From: an uncultured Candidatus Saccharibacteria bacterium
GTDB taxonomy: Bacteria > Patescibacteriota > Saccharimonadia > Saccharimonadales > EFPC-124
Assembly (NCBI GenBank): GCA_965225085.1
Contig: CBDDBE010000003.1
Coordinates: 1,023-65,022, forward strand
Reading direction: 5' to 3'
DNA: 64,000 bases
The notes under the pieces were generated by a model, which saw nothing but the letters and a program-made list of their open reading frames with translations, was not told the origin of the DNA and did no database searches. This document shows positions 47,006 through 56,397 of this stretch, piece after piece. Every line of letters begins with the position of its first letter. Within the stretch, counting starts at the first letter, position 1. Both the position numbers and the translations under genes were made by a program.

Positions 47006-47122
47006 TGCAATTCTCCTTGTTGTGACCGGCTGATGAGGCAACAATATCGTATAATTGTGGCGCTAAGCCGTCAATATTTTACAGTAAGAAAAGCCAACTC
47101 GCTTGTGCTAAAGTAGATACAT

Positions 47123-48355
47123 ATGGCAAATCTACTTCGTGATTTATTGGATGCAAAGGAGCCGCTGTTTAGCCTGAGCCTCAAGCAGTTGGAGGGCGCG
47201 TCGGGGCGTCATGGCATTGATGCCAAGCTCATTGGCGACATCATCGAGAAAACACACAAGGCTACCAGCGAGCTCGGCCTCGACCACGGCGATACAACCG
47301 GACGCGAGCTTTATCATGCGCTGCTGGCCAAGATAAAAGAGCATGACGAGCACCTGGCGCGAGCGATTGGCGGGCACGACGCCGAGGACGTGCAGAAGCT
47401 GCTGCCCCTCATCAAGGCCGCGGTCGAGAAAGCGGATGTACCTAAAAGCTGCTGGGTGCTGAAGAAAAGCGTTGCTCGTGAGATGCTTCGTCAAACGCCT
47501 CCGCCCACGGTCATGAAGCTGCTCGGGTATCGCTCGATCGACTCTATGCTCAAGCACGAGAACCTAGCAGAAGTGTACGGCGCACTGCGTTTTGCCGAAA
47601 GCCCCGAATGGCTCAACGCCTTCAACGAGCAGTACAAGAGCCTGAAGCCGAGTGATTTTGAGACGCGCGAGATCGAATTTGTAGTGATGCCCCGCGAGCG
47701 ATGGGGTGACATTGCCGAGCATTTTGTGGCCAAAAAGCGTCACAACATCACGCATCTGAAGGAACTGGGCGTGGTGATTATGCTCCCTGTTAAGCTGGCG
47801 AAGCTGCCTGGCATTACGATTACCGACATGCCGCTGATGTTTCACTACATCAACGAGATACGTCTGTACAGCGCATACTTCAAGTTGCAGCAGGTGAAGA
47901 AGGATTTTGGAACGATCTTTGTCGACACGCTGATTGCCGACCCAGGCAAGGCAGCGGTCATGGCGGGTAGCCATGTGCATTGGCGGGTTATACAGCGATA
48001 TTTTGGCAAGCTCGAGAACGAATATCATCCGGAAATTTTCGAGCCCCATGTGCAGCCAGAGGATCTGCATTGGCGCAAGGCTGAGGAGGCGCTGTACCTT
48101 ATTGACCCGGAGCTTGGATTTTGGCGAGATATGGACTACGTGGCGCGGTACGAGGATGGCCGGCCAATCGCCTTTAACCTCATGGATGTGTCGGTGGGGT
48201 ATTGCACCGGTGCGCCATACGAGAAGCGAGTGATTTATCATTTCCGTGAGAGCTTGTGGAACGAGATCTTCATACGGTATATGGGGCAGAAAACGCTGGA
48301 GCAGCAAGTGTTGCAGCAGCTCGATAATGACATGATAGCGCCCGAAAAGTTGTGA
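47123..48355 (+). CDS. hypothetical protein (410 aa), conserved-looking, function unknown
   Basis: Long ORF with natural composition. The antisense ORF 47564..48394 looks spurious. No motif recognised. Confidence 0.7.
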   Translation: MANLLRDLLDAKEPLFSLSLKQLEGASGRHGIDAKLIGDIIEKTHKATSELGLDHGDTTGRELYHALLAKIKEHDEHLARAIGGHDAEDVQKLLPLIKAAVEKADVPKSCWVLKKSVAREMLRQTPPPTVMKLLGYRSIDSMLKHENLAEVYGALRFAESPEWLNAFNEQYKSLKPSDFETREIEFVVMPRERWGDIAEHFVAKKRHNITHLKELGVVIMLPVKLAKLPGITITDMPLMFHYINEIRLYSAYFKLQQVKKDFGTIFVDTLIADPGKAAVMAGSHVHWRVIQRYFGKLENEYHPEIFEPHVQPEDLHWRKAEEALYLIDPELGFWRDMDYVARYEDGRPIAFNLMDVSVGYCTGAPYEKRVIYHFRESLWNEIFIRYMGQKTLEQQVLQQLDNDMIAPEKL

Positions 48356-48399
48356 AGTGTGGGCCGCCCGAGGTTTTAGCCCCGGGCGCCCCATACCAC

Positions 48400-49323
48400 T
48401 TAATCGAGGGTCACGCCAGTCTTGCGCAGCTCAGCCTGCAGTACTTCGACCTGGCGGCGCTTTCCAGCGATCAGCAAGTCGAGTTCGCGCTCCAAAGCGT
48501 CGATGTGCTGCTGCCAGCCGATGACGCGCGAAAGCGGCCGCGCAGCGATAGCGTCCATCTGCGCGTAGCAATGCCGGATGTAGCTGGCGAAGTGCTTCTG
48601 GGCCGTGACAAATGCGTCACGCGTGCGCTGCGCAGGAGCCGCCGGAACTTCCAGGTAGTTCACGGCTATTGCGTTGTGCAGCCACGCCCCGAAGCCATCC
48701 GGCGGACAGACATCTGCCGCGCGCATGATCGCACCCCAGACGGTCGCCGGCTGCGGGTTGGGGATACCCATCTGGCTACCCCGCGTGGTCTGGGCGCCGT
48801 AAGTCGAGGCCCAGATCACACCGGTCTGAAAGAGCCGGGATGGGGTGTTTAGTCCTCTGCGCCGCATGAACGTATTGACTGCGTCGGCAGTCACCCATTC
48901 GGACGTCACGTTCAGGCCTGCGCCGGGGTTGTACACGCCGTGTGGTGCTTCCGAGCGAAAGGTGCTGGCGCAGTGATGGGCATCGTGCGTGTACAGCGCC
49001 AGGCCAAACGCTTGACGAACTGCAGCCGGCATCTTGCCCTCGTTGCCGTCGGCATAGGCGTCTGCAGCGCACAGCCCATGGAGCATAGTGCTGCGGAAGT
49101 GGTTGGCGTTGTGATACGCCGGCCGGAACCGAGCCACCGACTGGTCGGCGTAGCTAAACGTACGCGCCTGCAGGTCAGCAAACTCACGTGTGCTGATGGG
49201 GTCGAGCTCACGTCCATCTGGCCGAAACGCCTGGCAGTCAGCCCGCAGGCTATCCGGCAGCTGGTACCATGACAGCATTTCATGCTCGTTGATGTACGGG
49301 CGCCAAAGTCCGAGGTCGGTCAT
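48400..49323 (-). CDS. possible HD-domain metal-dependent phosphohydrolase with C-terminal coiled coil
   Basis: Trimmed to MTDLGLWRPY. Shows an H...HD...D-like pattern (YHNANHF, YTHDAHH, MRAADV). Weak assignment. Confidence 0.5.
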   Translation of the reverse strand: MTDLGLWRPYINEHEMLSWYQLPDSLRADCQAFRPDGRELDPISTREFADLQARTFSYADQSVARFRPAYHNANHFRSTMLHGLCAADAYADGNEGKMPAAVRQAFGLALYTHDAHHCASTFRSEAPHGVYNPGAGLNVTSEWVTADAVNTFMRRRGLNTPSRLFQTGVIWASTYGAQTTRGSQMGIPNPQPATVWGAIMRAADVCPPDGFGAWLHNAIAVNYLEVPAAPAQRTRDAFVTAQKHFASYIRHCYAQMDAIAARPLSRVIGWQQHIDALERELDLLIAGKRRQVEVLQAELRKTGVTLD

Positions 49324-49413
49324 GGCTACGTCCCTTCGATGTGGTAAAGTACGGACAGGCAGAATTACCGGTCCAGGCGGTATTGTATCTACAGAGGTAC
49401 AAAGAATATATTT

Positions 49414-49434
49414 GTTGTGCATTATCTGCACAAC
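49414..49434. promoter_or_regulatory. palindrome in a divergent promoter region, candidate operator
   Basis: GTTGTGCA-ttatc-TGCACAAC, 20 nt upstream of the TrmB-like regulator ATG. Confidence 0.3.
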
Positions 49435-49454
49435 TAGCATAAAAGAGGACACAT

Positions 49455-50276
49455 ATGACCCAGGACAGCGACGTCATAGCAGAGTATTTCGCACGGCTAA
49501 AGTTAGAGCCGGAGATTGCCGATATCTATACAGCGCTCAATACGCATGGCCCCCAAAGCATTTCGGACCTGGCGCGTCATTCTGGCGTTGAGCGTACACG
49601 TATTTATCGCTTGCTTGACCAAATGGCCGACCTGCATTTATGTGAAACAGAGATCGACTACAAGCGAAGCGTTATTCGCCCTGCACCAATCGAAAACGTG
49701 CAGCTGCTGATAGCCCGCCGCGAGCAAGAGCTGCGCGATCTGCAGGCCGAGTTTGGGCAGATGCAAAAGGCGCTCGAGCACCACAAGGCCTCGCTTGCGC
49801 CAGCTACTAGGGTGCAGTTTTATAAGGGCATGGCCGGGCTGAAACAAATGTTCTGGAATCAAACGCGCACACAGACCGAGGGCGTCTCGATATTGTTCGA
49901 CAGCATGCAGACGCATACTCGGAGCGTATTTTTCGAGCGATGGGTTCGAAAGTGTAACGAGCGCAACCTGCACTTTAGGAGTGTGGTTGGCGATCATTTC
50001 GTAGATTCGATTCGCAGTTGGTACGATGCGCATCAAAACGAGCGACTGCAGCATTGGGAGGGGCGTTACGTGCCCAGTGACGTCTTTGACATAACCCATT
50101 CGATGGTTGTCTATAATGACGTTACGGCGTACTTTAACTGGGGTGAAGATGAGATATTTGGGATCGAGATCTACAACCAGCAGCTGGCGGATTCCCAGCG
50201 GCATTTCTTTGAGATGGTGTGGGGGCAAGGTCAGGAACTGACGAGCGAGCAGACACGGGCCAACGTCGTTCAGTAA
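49455..50276 (+). CDS. TrmB-family transcriptional regulator
   Basis: N-terminal wHTH ISDLARHSGVERTRIYRLLDQM, a coiled-coil linker and a C-terminal effector-type domain. Confidence 0.7.
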   Translation: MTQDSDVIAEYFARLKLEPEIADIYTALNTHGPQSISDLARHSGVERTRIYRLLDQMADLHLCETEIDYKRSVIRPAPIENVQLLIARREQELRDLQAEFGQMQKALEHHKASLAPATRVQFYKGMAGLKQMFWNQTRTQTEGVSILFDSMQTHTRSVFFERWVRKCNERNLHFRSVVGDHFVDSIRSWYDAHQNERLQHWEGRYVPSDVFDITHSMVVYNDVTAYFNWGEDEIFGIEIYNQQLADSQRHFFEMVWGQGQELTSEQTRANVVQ

Positions 50277-50319
50277 GCTGCTTGTCGCTTATGCTTTGAC
50301 GCCGTATACTGGGATAGCA

Positions 50320-50919
50320 ATGAGTAAGTATCAAATTTGTGTTTCTGGTGCGGCCCAGGGTCTGACTGTCGAATATGCCCACAATTTGGCCTATCATTTG
50401 GGGGCGGAAATCGCCAAGCGTGGTCATGTACTACTGACTGGCGCTACCTCGGGCCTGCCTCAATATGCTGCTGACGGCGCTCACGAACATGGTGGCATTA
50501 GCATTGGCTTCTCGCCGGCTAGCACCTACCGCGAGCATATTCATAGTTATCGACTGCCTTTTGAGGAATTTGACTACATCAACTTTACCGGTATGGACTA
50601 CGTCGGTCGTGACATTCACCTTGTGCGCTCCAGCGACGCTGTTATCACCGTTGGCGGGCGGATGGGCAGCCTGCACGAGTTCAGTACGGCTATCGAAAGC
50701 CATAAAGTTCTTGCGGTACTCAGCGGTAGCGGCGGTTTGGCGGATTTTATACCGACGCTTCTGGAGAATGTCGAAAGCCCGGGCAAGGAAAGCATCATCT
50801 TTGATGTCGAACCCGAGAAGATAGTGCAGCGGGTTATTGCCGAGCTTGATAAACGTTATGCTGATTTTAAACATCAGATCGAGAAGGCCCCGCGGCCGGG
50901 ATTTCACCACGCTGGTTAG
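50320..50919 (+). CDS. TIGR00725/LOG-like (SLOG) Rossmann-fold protein
   Basis: ICVSGAA, LLTGATSGLP, ITVGGRMGSLHEF; these match the family from memory. Confidence 0.6.
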   Translation: MSKYQICVSGAAQGLTVEYAHNLAYHLGAEIAKRGHVLLTGATSGLPQYAADGAHEHGGISIGFSPASTYREHIHSYRLPFEEFDYINFTGMDYVGRDIHLVRSSDAVITVGGRMGSLHEFSTAIESHKVLAVLSGSGGLADFIPTLLENVESPGKESIIFDVEPEKIVQRVIAELDKRYADFKHQIEKAPRPGFHHAG

Positions 50920-50931
50920 ATCGGTGAGATA

Positions 50932-50960
50932 TTGACTTTATAGATTTTTATTGTTATAAT
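50932..50960 (+). promoter_or_regulatory. near-consensus sigma70 promoter with extended -10
   Basis: TTGACT (50932-50937) - 17 nt - TGT TATAAT (50952-50960), in an AT-rich patch directly after the upstream stop. Confidence 0.6.
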
Positions 50961-51135
50961 AATTAAATCTGACCACGTTTAGTCTGAAAAGGAGTTGGCG
51001 TGATGCAGACGACCGGCAAGAGGCTGGACAAGCGCTACCATACAGGGCGCTAACCCAACACCTCCTCCCGTGTTCCAATCGTAGTACTGCCCTGAATGAG
51101 CGCGGGAGATTCCCGACTCACTCAGGAGATACACC

Positions 51136-52032
51136 ATGAGCAACATCTTCGACAACACCCAGCGTGTGCGTACGAACTGCAAGGATGGTCAGGACCCCGA
51201 GGTCCTGGTGATCGACTGTTTCGACCAGCTGTGGGGTGCCTACCTCGATCGGCTACCGGCTGGTACCACCTACCGGCTGGTGCGATTTCTGCCCCAGGCA
51301 GATATCACGCCCGGGCTGCGGCTCATCGTCATCCAGGGCCGGTCGTACACCAGCGCACTGCACGGGGATGTCACCAACACGATGATGTTCCTGAAGCGAG
51401 CACGTGACAAGTACGGCTTCAAGGGCAAGATGGTCGTGGCCAGCAGCCTGCTCAGCACGGCTGACGCGCGGGATCTGAGCGTCGTGTTCGGTGATCAGGT
51501 CATGGCGATGAGCAAAGACCGGCTCTTCTCTCAGGAGGAGAAGGAGCTGCTGGCCGGAATTCTTCGGCACCGCACGCCCCGTGAGGTACTCGAAGAACTG
51601 GTCGAATCCTACGCCAACGCCACCAATCCTGGTGCTTCAGATGACTTTGAAGCCGCAGGATCGGTGCTGGAGTGGCTGGACTGCTTCGCCAAAATCGTGC
51701 GAGACGGCAGTCCGAGGGATGTATACGAACACCTGGTGATGCTCGAGCCCGAGCACGACAGCCGCTGCACCTGCTGGGATCTGGACGATCCGCAGGAGCG
51801 GTGGTGGCACGAGCACCACACGCTGCTCAACCGAGCCTACCTGGAGATCATCTTGGCGGCGCCGGACGAGCTGTTGTACTGGTTGGCCAGCGAGCTTCAC
51901 GCGGACCTCGCTTCGCCCGATCGGTACATCGATGGCGACGGACCCTTCGGGCGATTCGTCCGCAAGGACTGCGGCCGTCTGCTACAGGGTTTCCTGCGGC
52001 TGGACGGTCCGGAGTCGGGCTGGGTCGACTGA
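51136..52032 (+). CDS. hypothetical protein (298 aa), GC3-rich orphan
   Basis: AGGAGA SD 6 nt upstream. 32 of the first 40 codons end in G/C, against 26 of 40 for gatB. The N-terminal half is vaguely flavodoxin/receiver-like (VLVIDCFD, KMVVASS). No motif recognised. Confidence 0.65.
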   Translation: MSNIFDNTQRVRTNCKDGQDPEVLVIDCFDQLWGAYLDRLPAGTTYRLVRFLPQADITPGLRLIVIQGRSYTSALHGDVTNTMMFLKRARDKYGFKGKMVVASSLLSTADARDLSVVFGDQVMAMSKDRLFSQEEKELLAGILRHRTPREVLEELVESYANATNPGASDDFEAAGSVLEWLDCFAKIVRDGSPRDVYEHLVMLEPEHDSRCTCWDLDDPQERWWHEHHTLLNRAYLEIILAAPDELLYWLASELHADLASPDRYIDGDGPFGRFVRKDCGRLLQGFLRLDGPESGWVD

Positions 52033-52042
52033 CCCGGCCAAC

Positions 52043-52080
52043 GGCCCCACCCACTCTTCGGAGTGCGGTGGGGCCTTTTC
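52043..52080 (+). terminator. intrinsic terminator
   Basis: GGCCCCACCCACTC-ttcg-GAGTGCGGTGGGGCC followed by TTTTC. Confidence 0.75.
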
Positions 52081-52103
52081 TATCGGGGCAGATTGATTTT
52101 ATA

Positions 52104-52127
52104 TAAAAGCGGGCCCTGAGGCCCGCT
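52104..52127 (-). terminator. terminator of the convergent lipoprotein gene
   Basis: AGCGGGCC-ctga-GGCCCGCT, preceded on + by TAAAA (a U-tract on the - strand). Confidence 0.55.
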
Positions 52128-52134
52128 GCTCGTG

Positions 52135-52686
52135 CTATGGAGTCGTTCGATGTGCGGCTGCGAACTTCAGGAAGCCTGGCGTGCCAGCCACACAAGTGTT
52201 GAAATACTCATTGCCGCTCAGGCGTGTAGCCAGCGTGCCAAACGTGTTGTTGCTGACTGCTATCGACGTGCCGCCCAATGGGTCATTGAGAAACATCGGG
52301 CCAAGGTTAGCCGCATTTTGCGGGCGCGGCGGCGAGGCAATGCTTGCCGAAACACCCTTACACATGCCCACCGTAACGGTAACGCCTATGTAGCCGTTGC
52401 TATCCCAGGTATATGCTGACAGATCATTCTTGTTGGTGTGAATCGTAATCAAGCCATTGGTATCAGCCTGAAGTCGATCCGCCAGATCAGTGACGGCACG
52501 ATCACGGTGCTGTCCGTCGACAATATTTCGCTCCTGGCAGGCTGCCATCAAGCCGACGACCAATGCGACAAGGCACAGGCCTACGATTCGCCACCGCCAC
52601 CGCTGCAGTCCGCCGACAATACCACGCGGCCATCGTCGTATCTGCACGAATTCCACCTCTTCTCTGAGTAGACTGAAGCCTATCAT
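52135..52686 (-). CDS. putative secreted/lipoprotein (183 aa), start uncertain
   Basis: Arg-rich n-region, hydrophobic [17 protein letters not shown] with a Cys after the helix. The listed ATG lies only 22 nt from the uvrB start, so the true start may be further in. Confidence 0.5.
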   Translation of the reverse strand: MIGFSLLREEVEFVQIRRWPRGIVGGLQRWRWRIVGLCLVALVVGLMAACQERNIVDGQHRDRAVTDLADRLQADTNGLITIHTNKNDLSAYTWDSNGYIGVTVTVGMCKGVSASIASPPRPQNAANLGPMFLNDPLGGTSIAVSNNTFGTLATRLSGNEYFNTCVAGTPGFLKFAAAHRTTP

Positions 52687-52708
52687 ATCATACAGAGACT
52701 GTTACGCA

Positions 52709-54703
52709 ATGACCTGGGAATGTTACAATAAAGGGGTGAGCTCATTTGAATTACATAGTGAATACCAGCCGACGGGTGATCAGCCGCGTGCGATCGCCTC
52801 GCTTGTGGATGGGCTCAAAAAGGGCAAGCGCGAGCAGACGCTCTTGGGTGTAACAGGGTCGGGCAAAACATTCACCATGGCCAACATCATCCAGGCCCAA
52901 CAAGTGCCGACTCTGGTGCTGGTGCACAACAAAACCCTTGCCGCCCAGCTATACAGTGAGTTTAAGCAATTCTTTCCTGACGCTGAAGTGCACTACTTTG
53001 TGAGCTACTTCGACTACTATCAGCCTGAGGCTTACATTGCCAGTAGCGACACCTACATCGAAAAGGACAGCGATATCAACGAAGAGATCGACCGCTTGCG
53101 CCATGCCGCAACGGCGTCACTTTTGACTCGGCGCGATGTCATTATCGTGGCGAGCGTCAGCTGTATATACGGCATTGGTTCGGTTGAGGATTATGGCGCC
53201 ATGGCGATCCACCTGAAGAAGGGCGAGCTGCGCAAACAAGACAAGTTCATGCGGCACCTGTCCGACATCCAGTATCAGCGCAATGACATTGACTTTCACC
53301 GCGGCACCTTCCGGGTCCGCGGAGATGTGGTAGACGTGTTCCCGGCCGGCGGCGAGCTGGCGTATCGTGTTGAGTTTTTTGGTGACGAGATTGACCGTAT
53401 CACCCAGGTTAACCCGCTGACAGGCGAAATAACGCAGGAACTTGACACGGCAAGCATTTTTCCCGGTAGCCACTACGTAACGCCGCGCGAGAAAACTTTG
53501 ATGGCCATCGACAAGATTCGCGCCGAGGGCCAGGAGCGCACCAAATGGTTTGAGGCGAATGGCAAATTGCTGGAGGCGCAACGTCTGAATCAACGTTTGA
53601 AGTTCGACCTCGAAATGCTAGAGGAGACGGGTTTCGTGAAGGGCATCGAGAACTACAGCCGGTACCTGACCAACCGCGCCCCAGGCGAGCAGCCGGCGAC
53701 GCTACTCGACTATTTCCCAGATGATTTTTTGCTGTTTGTGGATGAGTCACACCAAAGCCTGCCGCAGGTGCGTGGCATGTACAATGGCGACCGTGCCCGC
53801 AAAGAGATTCTGGTCGAGTACGGCTTCCGTCTGCCCAGCGCGCTGGATAATCGCCCGCTGACCTTCACCGAATTCGAGCGTCATATCAACCAAACAATCT
53901 ACGTCAGCGCCACACCCGGCGAGTACGAGCTTAGCCATGGTGGCGAGCCCGTGCAGCAGATCATTCGGCCGACTGGATTGCTTGATCCGCCCATCGAAAT
54001 TCGCCCAATTGATGGCCAGATTGATGACCTCATTGCCGAAATACGCGAAACCATTGGCAAGGGCCAGCGCACGCTCGTCACAACCCTTACCAAGCGCATG
54101 GCTGAGGACCTGAGTGATTATCTGGGTGAGCTGCAGATCAAAACCGCCTACCTCCATTCTGACGTTGATACGCTCGAACGAAGCGACATCTTGCGTGATC
54201 TGCGCACCGGCATATACGACGTGCTGGTTGGGATTAACTTGCTTCGTGAAGGATTGGACTTGCCCGAGGTGAGCCTGGTAGCAATCCTGGACGCAGACAA
54301 AGAGGGCTTTTTGCGCAGCAGCCAAGCGCTTATCCAGACGGTAGGCCGTGCCGCCAGGCACATTGATGGGCATGTCATTATGTATGCTGACAACCTGACC
54401 GACAGTATGCGTCGCACCATTGAGGAGACCAATCGCCGTCGTACTATTCAGGAAGCCTACAATCGCGAGCACGGCATAACCGCGCGTGGCGTGGCCAAGA
54501 AAATCGACGAAGGTTTGCGTGCCATCATCCCGCAGGAAGCAAAGGACGCCAAGCGCGACCTCAAGAAGATTCCAAAAGACGAAATTCCAAGCGTCATTCG
54601 CGACCTCACCTCGCAAATGGATTTGGCAGCCGCCAACCTGCAGTTTGAGGAGGCGGCGGAGCTGCGTGATATAATTTCAGATTTGAAAGCAAAATTGTTA
54701 TGA
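52709..54703 (+). CDS. uvrB: excinuclease ABC subunit B
   Basis: Trimmed to [26 protein letters not shown]. Shows [15 protein letters not shown] and the C-terminal UVR motif FEEAAELRD. Confidence 0.95.
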   Translation: MTWECYNKGVSSFELHSEYQPTGDQPRAIASLVDGLKKGKREQTLLGVTGSGKTFTMANIIQAQQVPTLVLVHNKTLAAQLYSEFKQFFPDAEVHYFVSYFDYYQPEAYIASSDTYIEKDSDINEEIDRLRHAATASLLTRRDVIIVASVSCIYGIGSVEDYGAMAIHLKKGELRKQDKFMRHLSDIQYQRNDIDFHRGTFRVRGDVVDVFPAGGELAYRVEFFGDEIDRITQVNPLTGEITQELDTASIFPGSHYVTPREKTLMAIDKIRAEGQERTKWFEANGKLLEAQRLNQRLKFDLEMLEETGFVKGIENYSRYLTNRAPGEQPATLLDYFPDDFLLFVDESHQSLPQVRGMYNGDRARKEILVEYGFRLPSALDNRPLTFTEFERHINQTIYVSATPGEYELSHGGEPVQQIIRPTGLLDPPIEIRPIDGQIDDLIAEIRETIGKGQRTLVTTLTKRMAEDLSDYLGELQIKTAYLHSDVDTLERSDILRDLRTGIYDVLVGINLLREGLDLPEVSLVAILDADKEGFLRSSQALIQTVGRAARHIDGHVIMYADNLTDSMRRTIEETNRRRTIQEAYNREHGITARGVAKKIDEGLRAIIPQEAKDAKRDLKKIPKDEIPSVIRDLTSQMDLAAANLQFEEAAELRDIISDLKAKLL

Positions 54704-54704
54704 G

Positions 54705-54737
54705 TCTCTGGCCGGCCGTAGCGCGGCCAGCCAGAGA
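54705..54737. terminator. stem-loop between convergent genes
   Basis: TCTCTGGCCGGCC / GGCCAGCCAGAGA. The single C-A mismatch on + becomes G-U on the - strand. Confidence 0.55.
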
Positions 54738-54745
54738 AATCGGCA

Positions 54746-55036
54746 TCAATCTGCCGGCCATGCTCGCTGAAGCGCGTGCAGGGCGAGGCCGTTTGACTTG
54801 ACGTGCGATAGGTCCAGCTGAATGACCTGGGACGGCGTGATGTGGCCGTCGGCGAGGGCGTACAGCTGAAGCTCGACCAGGCTATTTTGCCCAGCGTTCC
54901 CATCACGGAGGCGGACACGCGCATCGCACAGTTTAGCAAAGTCGGTTTGCAGGACCCAGCCCGCTTCTCGAGGCCCCTTGGCCCGCCATGAGGTGTAGTT
55001 GACAACGAGCCAACCGACGAGCTTCTGATCGGACAT
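54746..55036 (-). CDS. hypothetical protein (96 aa), paralog of the upstream gene
   Basis: Trimmed to MSDQKLVGWLVVNYTS after the GAAGGAG SD. Shares its N-terminal pattern with 55062..55448. Confidence 0.5.
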   Translation of the reverse strand: MSDQKLVGWLVVNYTSWRAKGPREAGWVLQTDFAKLCDARVRLRDGNAGQNSLVELQLYALADGHITPSQVIQLDLSHVKSNGLALHALQRAWPAD

Positions 55037-55061
55037 GTTTACTCCTTCATTGAGAGACGTG

Positions 55062-55448
55062 TCACAGCTTGGTGGCGGTGAATTGGCCAACGAGCTCAAA
55101 GTCCGCCACACCAGCGAGTGGCAACTCGTACTTTCGGCCACGCCGGATAACTGGCGGATCCCCTTGCACTAGCACGTATCCAGCTATCGTGCCGACCCAG
55201 CGCATCTGAGTGTACGTCTGGAACGCATCGATATCGAATCCTTCACCACGCAGTTGCTGGTCGGTGAGCCCGCTTGCCCCAATCGACGTCGAGAGCTGGG
55301 CGCCCGTGAGCTCATGCTCCTTATAGCCAGCCAGCCTGGTCTTGAGGTGCTCGTAATCACTCAACGATACCCACTGTATGGGTCGAGAGCCGCCATCCGT
55401 GTATCGTACGACAAGCCTGCCAACGATTTCGGTTGGTTGCGTGTTCAT
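55062..55448 (-). CDS. hypothetical protein (128 aa)
   Basis: MNTQPTEIVGRLVVRYTDGG...; no motif recognised; 25 nt upstream of its paralog. Confidence 0.55.
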   Translation of the reverse strand: MNTQPTEIVGRLVVRYTDGGSRPIQWVSLSDYEHLKTRLAGYKEHELTGAQLSTSIGASGLTDQQLRGEGFDIDAFQTYTQMRWVGTIAGYVLVQGDPPVIRRGRKYELPLAGVADFELVGQFTATKL

Positions 55449-55578
55449 GCTCGTTACCTTTCTTGGGGGAGCGAGGACGAGATTTATTTTAGCATGATGT
55501 GTACGTTTGTCAAAAGGGCAGTATTAGCAAAATATCAACCTCGGAGTGGTATACTGGCCTACATAAGGGGCTAATATT

Positions 55579-56343
55579 ATGGCAACAGAAACAGCAACTG
55601 CATCAACAGAAACGCCGAGCAGATCACGTACTATTGCACGGCAGCTAAATGGCACGAGTTTCCTGACACTCGAGCATATCGGATATTTTGTATTGGTGGC
55701 ACTTCTGCCGACGGTCCTCGGGATGGGCATACTGGCGGCGCTCGACCTGTGGTCCAACGGCGGTAACGCATCGATAATGCCCATGACGTATACCACACTG
55801 CCGATTCTAAGCGCTGGTGGTACAACCATGGCAATCGAGGCAGTAGCGGCACTGATAGTGCTCGCAGCCATGCTCTATGTGCTGCGTCGTCGTGTCGCCG
55901 CAGAATATGACAAACGCCCTGGTTATCGCAATCGCCTGGCATATAAATTGCCAGTTTATACCGCGCTCGGTTTACTCGTGGCTGCTACAGCAAGCTCACT
56001 CATATCCATGGTGGCGGTCTTTCTCAATTCGCTCACCCAAATCGGAGTGAATGGTGCCGATATCGGCAGGCTGTATATGAACGAATTCGTGCCGGCGCTC
56101 TTGATGTTCGCGCTATACGGGCTAAGTGGCTGGTATGTAGCATGCCTTGCTAAGGGTAAGGATTCTAGCAAGCTCTTTGTCGGGTTGGTTGAGCTGCTCG
56201 CAGTTGTAGTCTGCATCGCACTGTTCGTAACAACCCTCAGCATTAACCACCAAGGGCGCAGTACTCCGCCAAATCCTGGTGGCCCTATCCAGCCACAGCC
56301 ATATCCATATCCCGGTATCAACGACAACTATCTCAACTATTAG
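55579..56343 (+). CDS. hypothetical polytopic membrane protein with Pro-rich tail (254 aa)
   Basis: Five to six hydrophobic helices. C-terminus PPNPGGPIQPQPYPYPGINDNYLNY. Confidence 0.6.
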   Translation: MATETATASTETPSRSRTIARQLNGTSFLTLEHIGYFVLVALLPTVLGMGILAALDLWSNGGNASIMPMTYTTLPILSAGGTTMAIEAVAALIVLAAMLYVLRRRVAAEYDKRPGYRNRLAYKLPVYTALGLLVAATASSLISMVAVFLNSLTQIGVNGADIGRLYMNEFVPALLMFALYGLSGWYVACLAKGKDSSKLFVGLVELLAVVVCIALFVTTLSINHQGRSTPPNPGGPIQPQPYPYPGINDNYLNY

Positions 56344-56397
56344 CTCGAAAAAATCAGTGCGGCCGCGCATGCCCTCTGTTATACTATAGGTTACGTT

